Below, one piece after another: positions 45,265 to 53,820 of a stretch of DNA of 64,000 bases (its first letter is position 1; the number at the start of each line of letters is the position of its first letter). The notes below the pieces were generated by a model. The model did not search any database. It had not been told where the DNA came from and worked only from the letters and a program-made list of their open reading frames with translations. The position numbers and the translations under genes were made by a program. The stretch is from an uncultured Clostridia bacterium (GTDB taxonomy: Bacteria; Bacillota; Clostridia; UMGS1883): positions 9,792 through 73,791 of the forward strand of contig CAKSFM010000002.1 in the NCBI GenBank assembly GCA_934454525.1, written 5' to 3'.

Positions 45265-45485
45265 TAAAGCCACAACCCGATAAGGAAGTATTGGTTTTGA
45301 AAGCCGTTCTTTAAATCTTAAATTCCGACCTTCAAAACTGCTTTGCACCCTGTAAACAATATTTTTTGATGAAGTTCAAGGCAAAAAAGCGAGTAATCCT
45401 GTCGGATTCCGAGCCTTTTTTAACGCAGAAATTCGCAAAAAAGATGTTTAGCAGGGCAATACTTCCTTATCGGGCTGTGGCTAAA
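45265..45485. mobile_element. 213-bp segment bounded by 25-bp inverted repeats and flanked by TAAA/TAAA (MITE-like; an invertible segment is the alternative)
   Basis: IR-L gccacaacccgataaggaagtattg (45269-45293). IR-R caatacttccttatcgggctgtggc (45457-45481). The two are complementary at 24/25 positions. TAAA sits at 45265-45268 and 45482-45485. Confidence 0.6.
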
Positions 45486-45504
45486 TATGCCGCACAACAG
45501 CAAA

Positions 45505-45833
45505 AGGGATTCCGTAATTTTTTTGCGGAATCCCTCAGCGTGTCGATAAACCTATCGACACGCTGGCAGACGTTGAAAAAGGAAGGTAAATCTGTTCGGC
45601 ACGCACTCGTCGGCGTACAAAGGTACGTTAGAGGGTGTGCCGGACGGAAACAAGCAAAAACCCCCTAAATTTCGGGGATTGACAGTTGATACAAACCAAT
45701 ATCAGATTTGATTGCAGTTTGATTTTGAATCAAAAATTCTTTAAAATTAATGTGATAAAACTTATAGCTTGCTTGTGGTTGACCGACTTTTTCGACAGTC
45801 TGAGGGATTCCGCAATTTTTTTGCGGAATCCCT
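45505..45833 (+). repeat. 265-bp repeat family, copy 2: 267-bp core (45536-45802) flanked by a 31-bp direct duplication of a hairpin
   Basis: Flanks agggattccgTaatttttttgcggaatccct (45505-45535) and agggattccgCaatttttttgcggaatccct (45803-45833), 30/31 identical. The core has the same termini as copy 1 (cagcgtgtcgata...tcgacagtctg). Confidence 0.85.
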
Positions 45834-45843
45834 TATATATATG

Positions 45844-45879
45844 AAAACGGCGTCCACAGTTTTTGCGGACGCCGTTTTT
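45844..45879 (-). terminator. Rho-independent terminator after gap
   Basis: aaaacggcgtcc (45844-45855) pairs with ggacgccgtttt (45867-45878), with A/T runs on both sides. It lies 13 nt after the gap stop. Confidence 0.8.
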
Positions 45880-45891
45880 ATATGCCTGAGC

Positions 45892-46905
45892 TTATGCAAG
45901 CTCTGCAAAATATTTGATTGTACGAACCATCTGGCTTGTGTAAGAATTTTCGTTATCGTACCAGGAAACAACCTGAACCTCGTAAAGGTCGTCTGCGATC
46001 TTTGTTACGAGAGTCTGAGTTGCATCAAAGAGAGAACCGTAACGAATACCAACGATATCGGAAGAAACGATGAGATCCTCATTGTAACCGAAAGACTCGT
46101 TGGAAGCTGCTTTCATAGCTGCATTGATCTTTTCGGGAGTGATATCCGTACCCTTAACAACAGCTGTGAGGATTGTTGTTGAACCTGTGGGAACGGGAAC
46201 ACGCTGAGCAGCGCCGATAAGCTTGCCGTTAAGCTCGGGAATAACAAGACCGATTGCCTTTGCGGCACCTGTTGAGTTGGGAACGATGTTTACAGCGCCT
46301 GCACGTGCACGGCGAAGGTCGCCTTTGCGGTGCGGACCGTCAAGAATCATCTGATCGCCTGTGTATGCATGGATTGTTGCCATGATACCGGACTGGATGG
46401 GTGCAAAATCATTGAGAGCCTTAGCCATGGGAGCAAGGCAGTTTGTTGTGCAGGAAGCGGCAGAAATAATCTGATCATCCTTTGTAAGAGTCTTTTCGTT
46501 TACGCTGTAAACGATAGTCTTAAGGTCTTTTCCTGCGGGAGCGGAAATAACAACCTTTTTAGCGCCTGCATCGATATGAGCCTGAGATTTTTCTTTCGAT
46601 GTGTAGAAACCTGTGCACTCAAGAACAACGTCAACACCGATTTCACCCCAGGGAAGGTCTGCTGCCTTGGGTTCGCTGTAAATTGTGATTTTCTTTCCGT
46701 CTACAACTATATAATTTTCGCCTGCTTCAACAGTGTGACCGTCGTATCTGCCCTGAGATGAGTCATACTTGAGAAGGTGAGCAAGCATTTTGGGATCTGT
46801 AAGATCATTGATAGCCACTACCTCGTAGCCTTCTGCACCGAACATCTGACGGAATGCCAGACGACCGATACGTCCAAAACCGTTAATTGCAACTTTTACT
46901 GCCAT
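45892..46905 (-). CDS. gap: Type I glyceraldehyde-3-phosphate dehydrogenase
   Basis: [19 protein letters not shown] (NAD fold) and the active site SCTTNCLAP. Start moved to ATG 46905. Confidence 0.95.
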   Translation of the reverse strand: MAVKVAINGFGRIGRLAFRQMFGAEGYEVVAINDLTDPKMLAHLLKYDSSQGRYDGHTVEAGENYIVVDGKKITIYSEPKAADLPWGEIGVDVVLECTGFYTSKEKSQAHIDAGAKKVVISAPAGKDLKTIVYSVNEKTLTKDDQIISAASCTTNCLAPMAKALNDFAPIQSGIMATIHAYTGDQMILDGPHRKGDLRRARAGAVNIVPNSTGAAKAIGLVIPELNGKLIGAAQRVPVPTGSTTILTAVVKGTDITPEKINAAMKAASNESFGYNEDLIVSSDIVGIRYGSLFDATQTLVTKIADDLYEVQVVSWYDNENSYTSQMVRTIKYFAELA

Positions 46906-46970
46906 TTTAAAACATCCTTTCATGTTTAAAAAATATAAAAAATAATTAAAAAATTATTTAATACACAAGC

Positions 46971-47459
46971 TTATAAAACCGTTATTGATTTAATTACGGG
47001 AGGCTCAGCCGGCGTCTGCCCGTCAAAGCCGACGCGCGCGGATGCAATTTCATCAACAACATCCATTCCCTTTGTCACTTTGCCGAAAGCCGCATAGCTG
47101 CCGTCAAGATGCGGCGCGTCCTCATGCATAATGAAAAACTGACTTGACGCGCTGTTCGGATTCTGACTTCTTGCCATCGAAATGACTCCGCGCGTATGCT
47201 TAAGGTCATTTTTAAAGCCGTTCATCAGAAATTCGCCCTTAATTGTTTTATCGCTGCCGCCCATTCCGTTTCCGAGAGGGTCGCCGCCCTGAATCATAAA
47301 GCCTTTTATAATTCTGTGGAACGTAAGTCCGTCATAAAACGAATTTTCAGCAAGCGTTTTGAAATTTGCAACCGTTTCGGGTGCGATATCGGGATAAAGC
47401 TCCAGTTCGATTTCGCCGCCGTTTTCCATTGTGATTTTAACGTTGACATTTTCAGCCAT
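46971..47459 (-). CDS. Peptidyl-prolyl cis-trans isomerase, cyclophilin type
   Basis: FHRIIKGFMIQGGDP and SMARSQNPNSASSQFFI cyclophilin signatures. Start moved to ATG 47459 (MAENVNVKI). Confidence 0.9.
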   Translation of the reverse strand: MAENVNVKITMENGGEIELELYPDIAPETVANFKTLAENSFYDGLTFHRIIKGFMIQGGDPLGNGMGGSDKTIKGEFLMNGFKNDLKHTRGVISMARSQNPNSASSQFFIMHEDAPHLDGSYAAFGKVTKGMDVVDEIASARVGFDGQTPAEPPVIKSITVL

Positions 47460-47551
47460 CAAATCATTCCTTTCATTACCCCATATCAATCTTATTATAT
47501 CGTTATCGCGGTATCAATGCAAGCACTTTTTTTGCTTTTTTTTAATTTTTC

Positions 47552-48562
47552 TTACTGTTCTGCACCCTGTGCGCCGTTTTGGATACCGTCTTCCGCAGTG
47601 TCATCCCCTACCGTGACCTCCGGAATTATATCGTTTCCGTTCTCATCATAACAGAACATTGTTTCGCGAACCTTGGCGATTGCAGCCGTGTCCGGAATTA
47701 CGTATGAAATATTATCAATATACTGAGGTGTGCACGGAAGCATTTCCGTCTGAATATTTTCTTTACCGATGGAAAGAACCTGTTTTGCCACCTGAACAAA
47801 GTTATCCGGCGTCATTGAGGTTTCCATATTTTTCGCCACAATCTTATAAATCTTGTTGATTTTGCCGATATACTTCATCTGAAGCTTCTGCTCCGCAATT
47901 GCATGCAGGAACTGCTGCTGAACCTTGATTCTGTCAAGGTCACCGTTTTTATAGCGGCGGAAGCGCACAAGCTGCTCCGACTTATCCCCGTCCAGATGCT
48001 GAAATCCCGGCTGAAGGTCAATATACAAATCCTGATACTTGTCCGTGTATTTCATGCGCTGCGGAACATCAAAATCAACACCGCCAAGCTCGTCAATCGT
48101 GTCCTTAAATGCGTCAAAATTCACCTTGACAAAGTGGTTTATCGGAATCCCCGTAAGCTCCTTGACGGCAATTATTGAATTTTCAACAGCCTTTTTCGTC
48201 TTTTTTCCCATCGCATGCGCCGCATTGATTTTAATCCACTGATTATTAAATTTAATGCGCGTGTCACGCGGAATACTGAGCACCGAAACCTTATCCTGCT
48301 GAGGGTCAATCTGCGCAAGCATCATAACATCCGTCAGACCGCCGCTTTTATCTGTTCCGAGAATAAGAATATTGCACTTTTCCTTGGATATAACAACCGA
48401 ATCAAGCGTATTTTCGTCAAATTCATCAATAACATCGTTACTGTAGGGCGTTGTAAACAGCTTTGCGCAGTATATACCGCCGCCTGCCGCAGCAAACATC
48501 ATTAACACCACGAGCAGCACATATACAACCTTAAAGGATCTGCCCTCCGCATTTTTTGCCAT
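47552..48562 (-). CDS. LytR-CpsA-Psr (LCP) family cell-envelope phosphotransferase
   Basis: N-terminal TM anchor, then NILILGTDKSGGLTDVMMLAQIDPQQDKVSVLSIPRDT, the LCP core motif. Confidence 0.88.
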   Translation of the reverse strand: MAKNAEGRSFKVVYVLLVVLMMFAAAGGGIYCAKLFTTPYSNDVIDEFDENTLDSVVISKEKCNILILGTDKSGGLTDVMMLAQIDPQQDKVSVLSIPRDTRIKFNNQWIKINAAHAMGKKTKKAVENSIIAVKELTGIPINHFVKVNFDAFKDTIDELGGVDFDVPQRMKYTDKYQDLYIDLQPGFQHLDGDKSEQLVRFRRYKNGDLDRIKVQQQFLHAIAEQKLQMKYIGKINKIYKIVAKNMETSMTPDNFVQVAKQVLSIGKENIQTEMLPCTPQYIDNISYVIPDTAAIAKVRETMFCYDENGNDIIPEVTVGDDTAEDGIQNGAQGAEQ

Positions 48563-48764
48563 ATATTAACAACCTCACTGTCATTATTTTTTCCATACTG
48601 ATTTATTTTATCACATTGTGTCCGTTCAGTCAATAAAATAAGTTATTTTAATCTGTATTTTATACCAAAATTTATTATTTTACAATTAAATATTTGTAAA
48701 TTTTGTGAATTTTTCATTAATATTTGCAGACAATAGCTTTAAATACATTCTTAGGAGCGATAAC

Positions 48765-49211
48765 ATGAAAAAAATCACGGCATACTTTAACGACAGTGCA
48801 AAAGCGCGTTCGGCAGCGTTTGACCTTTCGGAATCCGGAGGAGGCAGCGGCGATATACTGGTCGGCAGCGTCACATCTGAAAATGCACAGCTTTCAAACT
48901 ATGTTTTTACGGGTCTGTTCTGCGGTGCAGCGCTCGGAATTGTGCTCGGTGCAGCGGCAGCGCTGATCCCCGGCATTGGCATATATGCAAAAACAGGCAT
49001 CGTTACGGGACTTATTGCAGGGGCGGTTATCGGAGCAGTCAGCGGAGCGCTGCTTGATATTCTGAATATGGACAGCACTCCGAACTACTCGCTTGTATCG
49101 ATTTGTGTTCCGAATAAAAACGGCGGGCGCGTCTCCAGAAACCTGAAGAAGCGCGGCGCCGCTTACGTTGTGATTGAAAAAGACGTCAGTCAAGATGAAA
49201 AACATCGGTGA
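48765..49211 (+). CDS. Small membrane protein with glycine-zipper helices, function unknown
   Basis: ATG at 48765 after the RBS AGGAG. The central segment GLFCGAALGIVLGAAAALIPGIGIY...GLIAGAVIGAVSGALL is Gly/Ala-rich TM sequence. Confidence 0.6.
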   Translation: MKKITAYFNDSAKARSAAFDLSESGGGSGDILVGSVTSENAQLSNYVFTGLFCGAALGIVLGAAAALIPGIGIYAKTGIVTGLIAGAVIGAVSGALLDILNMDSTPNYSLVSICVPNKNGGRVSRNLKKRGAAYVVIEKDVSQDEKHR

Positions 49212-49500
49212 GGTCGATTGAAACGGGACTGTTGTCCGGATTTGTTTCCATTATGTCCGCCATAAAGTCCCACCATTTGCGGCATATTGCCGTATCTGCG
49301 CTTTTTGCCCAAAGTTCCTCATCCTCAAGCTCGATATACCCGAACAGAGTGTTTGTTTCTTCGTCAAGATAAATCGAATAATTGCTTCCGCCGTATTCAT
49401 GAATCATGTCCTTCATCTCCTGCCAAAGGGCATTGTGCCGGCGGGCATACTCCTCTTTCATTCCGTCATAAAGTTTCATTTTAAAGCCTTTTCTTATCAT
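49186..49500 (-). CDS. rhaM: L-rhamnose mutarotase
   Basis: At 104 aa it aligns by eye along its whole length with E. coli YiiL/RhaM (MIRKGF.M...EEY.RRHN.LW.E......G..NYSIYLD...N.LF.Y.E......W.......C.KWW..M.D.M..NPDNSPV...L..VF.L). Confidence 0.93.
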   Translation of the reverse strand: MIRKGFKMKLYDGMKEEYARRHNALWQEMKDMIHEYGGSNYSIYLDEETNTLFGYIELEDEELWAKSADTAICRKWWDFMADIMETNPDNSPVSIDLTDVFHLD

Positions 49501-50351
49501 TGTGCTTCCTCCTCATTATAATTATCTTTTAAAAATTTTATTTCTTTTTCATATCCGTCAAGCTCGTTCGGCGTTTCAAGAAGAAACGGCAGATTTTTAA
49601 GCCGCGGATTATTTATAATACGCACAAGCGCGTCACTTCCGAGATATCCCTCTCCGATTTTTTCGTGACGGTCTTTATGACTTGCAAAAGGATTTTTCGT
49701 GTCATTAAGATGAATTGCATAAAGTCTGTTTATACCTATTATACTGTCAAACTCATCAAGCACGGCGTCAAGGTTTCCCGAAATATCATATCCTCCGTCA
49801 AAAACATGGCAGGTGTCAAGGCACACTCCAAGCTTGTCCTTAAGTTCCACGCGGTCGATAATTGCGCGGAGCTGTTCAAATGTTGCGCCGATTTCGCTTC
49901 CCTTGCCCGACATTGTTTCAAGCAGCACGGTTGTCGTCTGATTTTCCGTCAGCACACTGTTAAGCAAATCTGCGGTAAGCTCTATTCCCTTTTCCGTTCC
50001 CTGTCCGACATGGCTGCCCGGGTGAAAATTATAAAGATTTCCCGGAACATTTTCCATGCGCTCAAGATCATCTTTCATAATTCGCAGAGCAAGGTCACGC
50101 ACACGTTCATCCGCCGAGGACGGATTAAGAGTGTACGGTGCATGCGCCAGAATTTTTCCGAAGCCGTTTTCCGCGGCAACAGCCTTATACTGTGCAACAT
50201 CGCTTTCACTGACATCTTTTGCCGCAAAACCTCGCGGATTGCGCGTGAAAAACTGAAACGTGTTTGCACCGATTGAAACGGCTTCCTTTGCCATGTGCGC
50301 AAAGCCTTTTGAAGCCGAAAGGTGGCATCCGACATAAAACATAAACATCAA
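49497..50351 (-). CDS. nfo: Deoxyribonuclease IV (endonuclease IV)
   Basis: [10 protein letters not shown]...[14 protein letters not shown]...[12 protein letters not shown]...[13 protein letters not shown]...IHLNDTK, the Nfo metal-binding blocks. Confidence 0.92.
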   Translation of the reverse strand: MMFMFYVGCHLSASKGFAHMAKEAVSIGANTFQFFTRNPRGFAAKDVSESDVAQYKAVAAENGFGKILAHAPYTLNPSSADERVRDLALRIMKDDLERMENVPGNLYNFHPGSHVGQGTEKGIELTADLLNSVLTENQTTTVLLETMSGKGSEIGATFEQLRAIIDRVELKDKLGVCLDTCHVFDGGYDISGNLDAVLDEFDSIIGINRLYAIHLNDTKNPFASHKDRHEKIGEGYLGSDALVRIINNPRLKNLPFLLETPNELDGYEKEIKFLKDNYNEEEAQ

Positions 50352-50449
50352 TTCCTTTCCGATAAAAATTTTATTTGCAATCTGAACCGATTTGTTATAT
50401 AATAAAATTTAGTATATATATTAAATAAAGCAACGAATCGGAGAATAAT

Positions 50450-51301
50450 ATGAAAAAAGTAGCTAACAGATCATATGCAAAGGTAAATCTAACACTTGAC
50501 CTGCTCGGAAAAGCAGAGAACGGTTATCATGAAATAAGAACCGTTATGCAGTCAATATCGCTTTTTGACATTATTACGGTTTATAAAAAAACCTCCGGGA
50601 TTGAGCTTTCCTCAAACATCCCCTATCTTCCGCTTGATTCCGAAAACATCGCCTATAAAGCAGCACAGGCATTCTTTAATTATACCGGGATAAAAAGCGG
50701 AATAAACATAGATATTGCCAAAAGAATACCCGTCGGAGCGGGACTTGCCGGCGGCAGCAGCAACGCCTCTGCCGTGCTTAAATCCATGAATGAGCTTTTT
50801 GAAGCCGGTTTGTCATTAAAGGAACTGTGCTCTATAGGCGAGAAGCTCGGCGCCGATGTTCCGTTCTGCATTCTGGGGGGAACGCGCCTTGCAGAGGGAA
50901 TCGGCGAAAAGCTTTCTTCACTTCCGAAAATTCCGAAATGCAGTATTCTTATAGCCAAACCTCCGTTTTCGGTCAGCACACGCGACGCTTATGCAAAAGC
51001 AGATACATACGGTGAGCTGCAGCACCCGAATACCGAGCTTGTTATAGACGGACTCCGTGACAGAAATCTTCGCACAATAGCGCAGGGAATGGGAAATGCC
51101 TTTGAAAGCGTTATTGCCGCGGAACATCCGGTGATAGAAACAATTAAGGAAGAAATGCTTGAGCGCGGCGCTCTTGCCGCACAGATGAGCGGCAGCGGAC
51201 CGACCGTTTTCGGTATTTTTGTAAATAATACCAAAGCGCGCATTGCCAAACAAGAGCTGTGGGAAAAATACAAAACCGTATATTTGTGCACAACAGTATA
51301 A
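50450..51301 (+). CDS. ispE: 4-(cytidine 5'-diphospho)-2-C-methyl-D-erythritol kinase
   Basis: SYAKVNLTLDLLGK..GYHEI.TVMQSI and the GHMP motif PVGAGLAGGSSNASAVL. Confidence 0.92.
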   Translation: MKKVANRSYAKVNLTLDLLGKAENGYHEIRTVMQSISLFDIITVYKKTSGIELSSNIPYLPLDSENIAYKAAQAFFNYTGIKSGINIDIAKRIPVGAGLAGGSSNASAVLKSMNELFEAGLSLKELCSIGEKLGADVPFCILGGTRLAEGIGEKLSSLPKIPKCSILIAKPPFSVSTRDAYAKADTYGELQHPNTELVIDGLRDRNLRTIAQGMGNAFESVIAAEHPVIETIKEEMLERGALAAQMSGSGPTVFGIFVNNTKARIAKQELWEKYKTVYLCTTV

Positions 51302-51351
51302 AAATATCACTTTCCGTCAATACTTAACTTTGAAAAGCGAGGTATTGGCAT

Positions 51352-52047
51352 ATGAAAAAAATATTGGCGGTTACAGTTCCCGTACTCCTTATTATTATCA
51401 TTTTACTTGGTTATACTCAAAGCGTCAGCTCTTCACTTTCGCAGAACATCGTTCGGCTTCACGTGATTGCTAACAGCGACAGTGACGAGGATCAGGCATT
51501 AAAGCTTAAGGTTCGTGACGAAATACTGAAACATTCCGAAGCAAATTTCACAGTGAAGGACGATGTTAAAGGCAATCTTGATATCTATCGCGACATTGCG
51601 CTTCGTGTTATCGCCGAAAACGGCTTTGATTACGATGTTGACGTGCAGTACGGCAGCTTCAGCTTTCCCACAAAATATTACGAAAACCTTGCCCTTCCGG
51701 CAGGCAGATATGACGCAGTGCGTGTGGTCATCGGCAGCGGCAGCGGCAAAAACTGGTGGTGTGTGCTCTTTCCTCCGCTGTGCTATGTGAACGGAACGAC
51801 AGACTCCTCCGGCGCTGAAGCAAAGCTCCGCAAACTTCTCAGCCGCGGCGATTACGATATGATAACAGCAAAAAGCAGCGGCGGAAGCGTTCCTGTTGAA
51901 ATTAAATTCAAGCTTGTTGAATTTTACGGAAAGATGAAAACCGGCAGCAAGGTATATGCAAAAGCAAGAAAGGACAAAACGAATGAGAATGAGAGCAAGA
52001 GCGCATCTCGCAGACAGACTGGCAGTGTGCGCAAATCTGACACTTGA
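51352..52047 (+). CDS. spoIIR: Stage II sporulation protein R
   Basis: N-terminal TM segment, then RLHVIANSDSDEDQALKLKVRDEIL and NWWCVLFPPLC, hallmark SpoIIR motifs. Confidence 0.9.
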   Translation: MKKILAVTVPVLLIIIILLGYTQSVSSSLSQNIVRLHVIANSDSDEDQALKLKVRDEILKHSEANFTVKDDVKGNLDIYRDIALRVIAENGFDYDVDVQYGSFSFPTKYYENLALPAGRYDAVRVVIGSGSGKNWWCVLFPPLCYVNGTTDSSGAEAKLRKLLSRGDYDMITAKSSGGSVPVEIKFKLVEFYGKMKTGSKVYAKARKDKTNENESKSASRRQTGSVRKSDT

Positions 52048-52612
52048 TAAATTCGGCGCGGAAGAGGATTTTTTCTCCTCCGGTGCGCCGCTCTACATAG
52101 AAATCGGCTGCGGAAAAGGCGGATTTATTCTGCAAAACGCAGTTCTTCACCCTGAAATTAATTATATTGCTATTGAAAAGGTTGCAAACGTCTGCGTTCT
52201 TGCAATGGAAAAGGCAGCTGCTGCCGGGGTCGGCAATCTTCGCTTTATGGTAGGCAATTTTGCCGACTTAAGCCTTGATTTCCCCGACAAAAGCGTTGAC
52301 TGCATATTTCTTAATTTCAGTGACCCATGGCCGAAAAAGGGATATGCGCGCCGCAGACTCACACATGGCGGCTTCCTTTTAATATATAAAAGGATATTGA
52401 AACCCGGCGGCCGCATATTCTTCAAAACCGATAACCGCGCACTCTTCGATTTTTCGCTCGAATCGTTTCCCGAAAACGGATTCTCCGTTTCCGATGTTAC
52501 ATACGATTTGCACAAAAGCGGATTTGAGGGCAATATAATGACGGAATATGAACAGAAGTTTTCCGCCGAGGGTGTTCCGATATGCCGCCTGTGCGCACAG
52601 CTGACCGAATGA
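51983..52612 (+). CDS. trmB: tRNA (guanine46-N7)-methyltransferase
   Basis: IEIGCGKGGFI (SAM motif), NFSDPWPKK and KTDN are TrmB motifs. The start is uncertain (MRMRARAHL at 51983/51989) and overlaps the spoIIR 3' end. Confidence 0.85.
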   Translation: MRMRARAHLADRLAVCANLTLDKFGAEEDFFSSGAPLYIEIGCGKGGFILQNAVLHPEINYIAIEKVANVCVLAMEKAAAAGVGNLRFMVGNFADLSLDFPDKSVDCIFLNFSDPWPKKGYARRRLTHGGFLLIYKRILKPGGRIFFKTDNRALFDFSLESFPENGFSVSDVTYDLHKSGFEGNIMTEYEQKFSAEGVPICRLCAQLTE

Positions 52613-52719
52613 TATATAAAAGCGGTGCGGCGCTTTCCGCAAAGCTTCCGCAGCCTCTGCAGATTTAAGTATAACACATCAATAATGTTTTTTCAATTAT
52701 TTTATACGAGGTTTTTCAA

Positions 52720-53793
52720 ATGTTTAAAATAGTTCACTGCGCCGATTTGCACATAGGCGCAAAATGCAGTATTCTTCCTCCGGACAAGGCGCTGCTGCGC
52801 CGCGAGGAAATAAAGAAATCGCTTACATATATTGTTGACTTCTGCATTGAACGCCATGCCGGCGCTCTCCTGATTTGCGGAGATTTGTTTGACACCCCTG
52901 TTCCGCCTGCTCCGGATGTTTATTTTGTTAAATCAGAGCTTGAAAGGCTTGAAAACACACCGGTATTTATAGCAGCCGGAAATCATGATTATATCAGCCG
53001 CGGCAGTCCGTACAACGGAGATATGCTCGGGAAAAACGTTACCGTGTTTCCCGGCGAACTCACCGCATTTACACTGCCGGATTCAGATCTGCGGATTTAC
53101 GGCCGCTCTTTCACCTCAGCTTCAATTGATCCTATTGAAACATTTCCCGAAGCTGACAACAGATATGTGAACATTCTTTGTCTGCACGGCGAGATTGACA
53201 AAAACGGCGAATACAGCGCTGCCGATCTCTCCGCCGTTTCAAAGTTTGGCGCAGACTACTGCGCGCTCGGCCATGTACATTCTCTGCGCAGTTTTAAAGC
53301 CGGGAATGTACCCTGTATAAACCCCGGCACACCCGAGGGGCATGGATTTGACGAAAGCGGCGATACGGGTTTTATATATGCCGAGATATCACACACCGAT
53401 TGCAGGATTGAACGCATTTGCAAAACTATCCGCAAATATATAACAGTCACGCTTGATATAACGCCGCTGCAAACAAACAAAAATATTATTTCGGAGCTTG
53501 AAAGCTCTGTTTCCGAGGATAATATATACCGTTTTATAATAATCGGAGCGCTTGATGAAACAAGCGATTTTTCACGCGCTTACATAGAAAATTATCTTTC
53601 CTCGTGCGCTTTTTCGGTAAAGGTGATTGACAAAACCACGCAGGACGCACCGCTCAATGCGATACTTGAAGAAAAATCTCCGCGGGGTCTGTTTTTAAGA
53701 GAACTCCGCGCACTGTGCCGCTCGGAGGACGAATTTACCGAAGCCGCGCGGATTGGGCTGAATGCTCTTTCAGGGCGTGAAACCGATATTTAG
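52720..53793 (+). CDS. Metallophosphoesterase / SbcD-like DNA repair exonuclease (YhaO-like)
   Basis: MFKIVHCADLHIG, GDLFD, AGNHD and GHVH are calcineurin-like nuclease motifs. Confidence 0.85.
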   Translation: MFKIVHCADLHIGAKCSILPPDKALLRREEIKKSLTYIVDFCIERHAGALLICGDLFDTPVPPAPDVYFVKSELERLENTPVFIAAGNHDYISRGSPYNGDMLGKNVTVFPGELTAFTLPDSDLRIYGRSFTSASIDPIETFPEADNRYVNILCLHGEIDKNGEYSAADLSAVSKFGADYCALGHVHSLRSFKAGNVPCINPGTPEGHGFDESGDTGFIYAEISHTDCRIERICKTIRKYITVTLDITPLQTNKNIISELESSVSEDNIYRFIIIGALDETSDFSRAYIENYLSSCAFSVKVIDKTTQDAPLNAILEEKSPRGLFLRELRALCRSEDEFTEAARIGLNALSGRETDI

Positions 53794-53820
53794 TTATGAG
53801 GAGGATTACTGAGTACCACG

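Noticed and set aside
45081-45275. A 64-aa minus-strand ORF lies in the TetR upstream region, and a 63-aa ORF lies at 7678-7869 inside the hairpin-rich spacer.
   Set aside because: Neither has an RBS. They overlap promoter or hairpin sequence and have low-complexity composition, so they are most likely non-coding.
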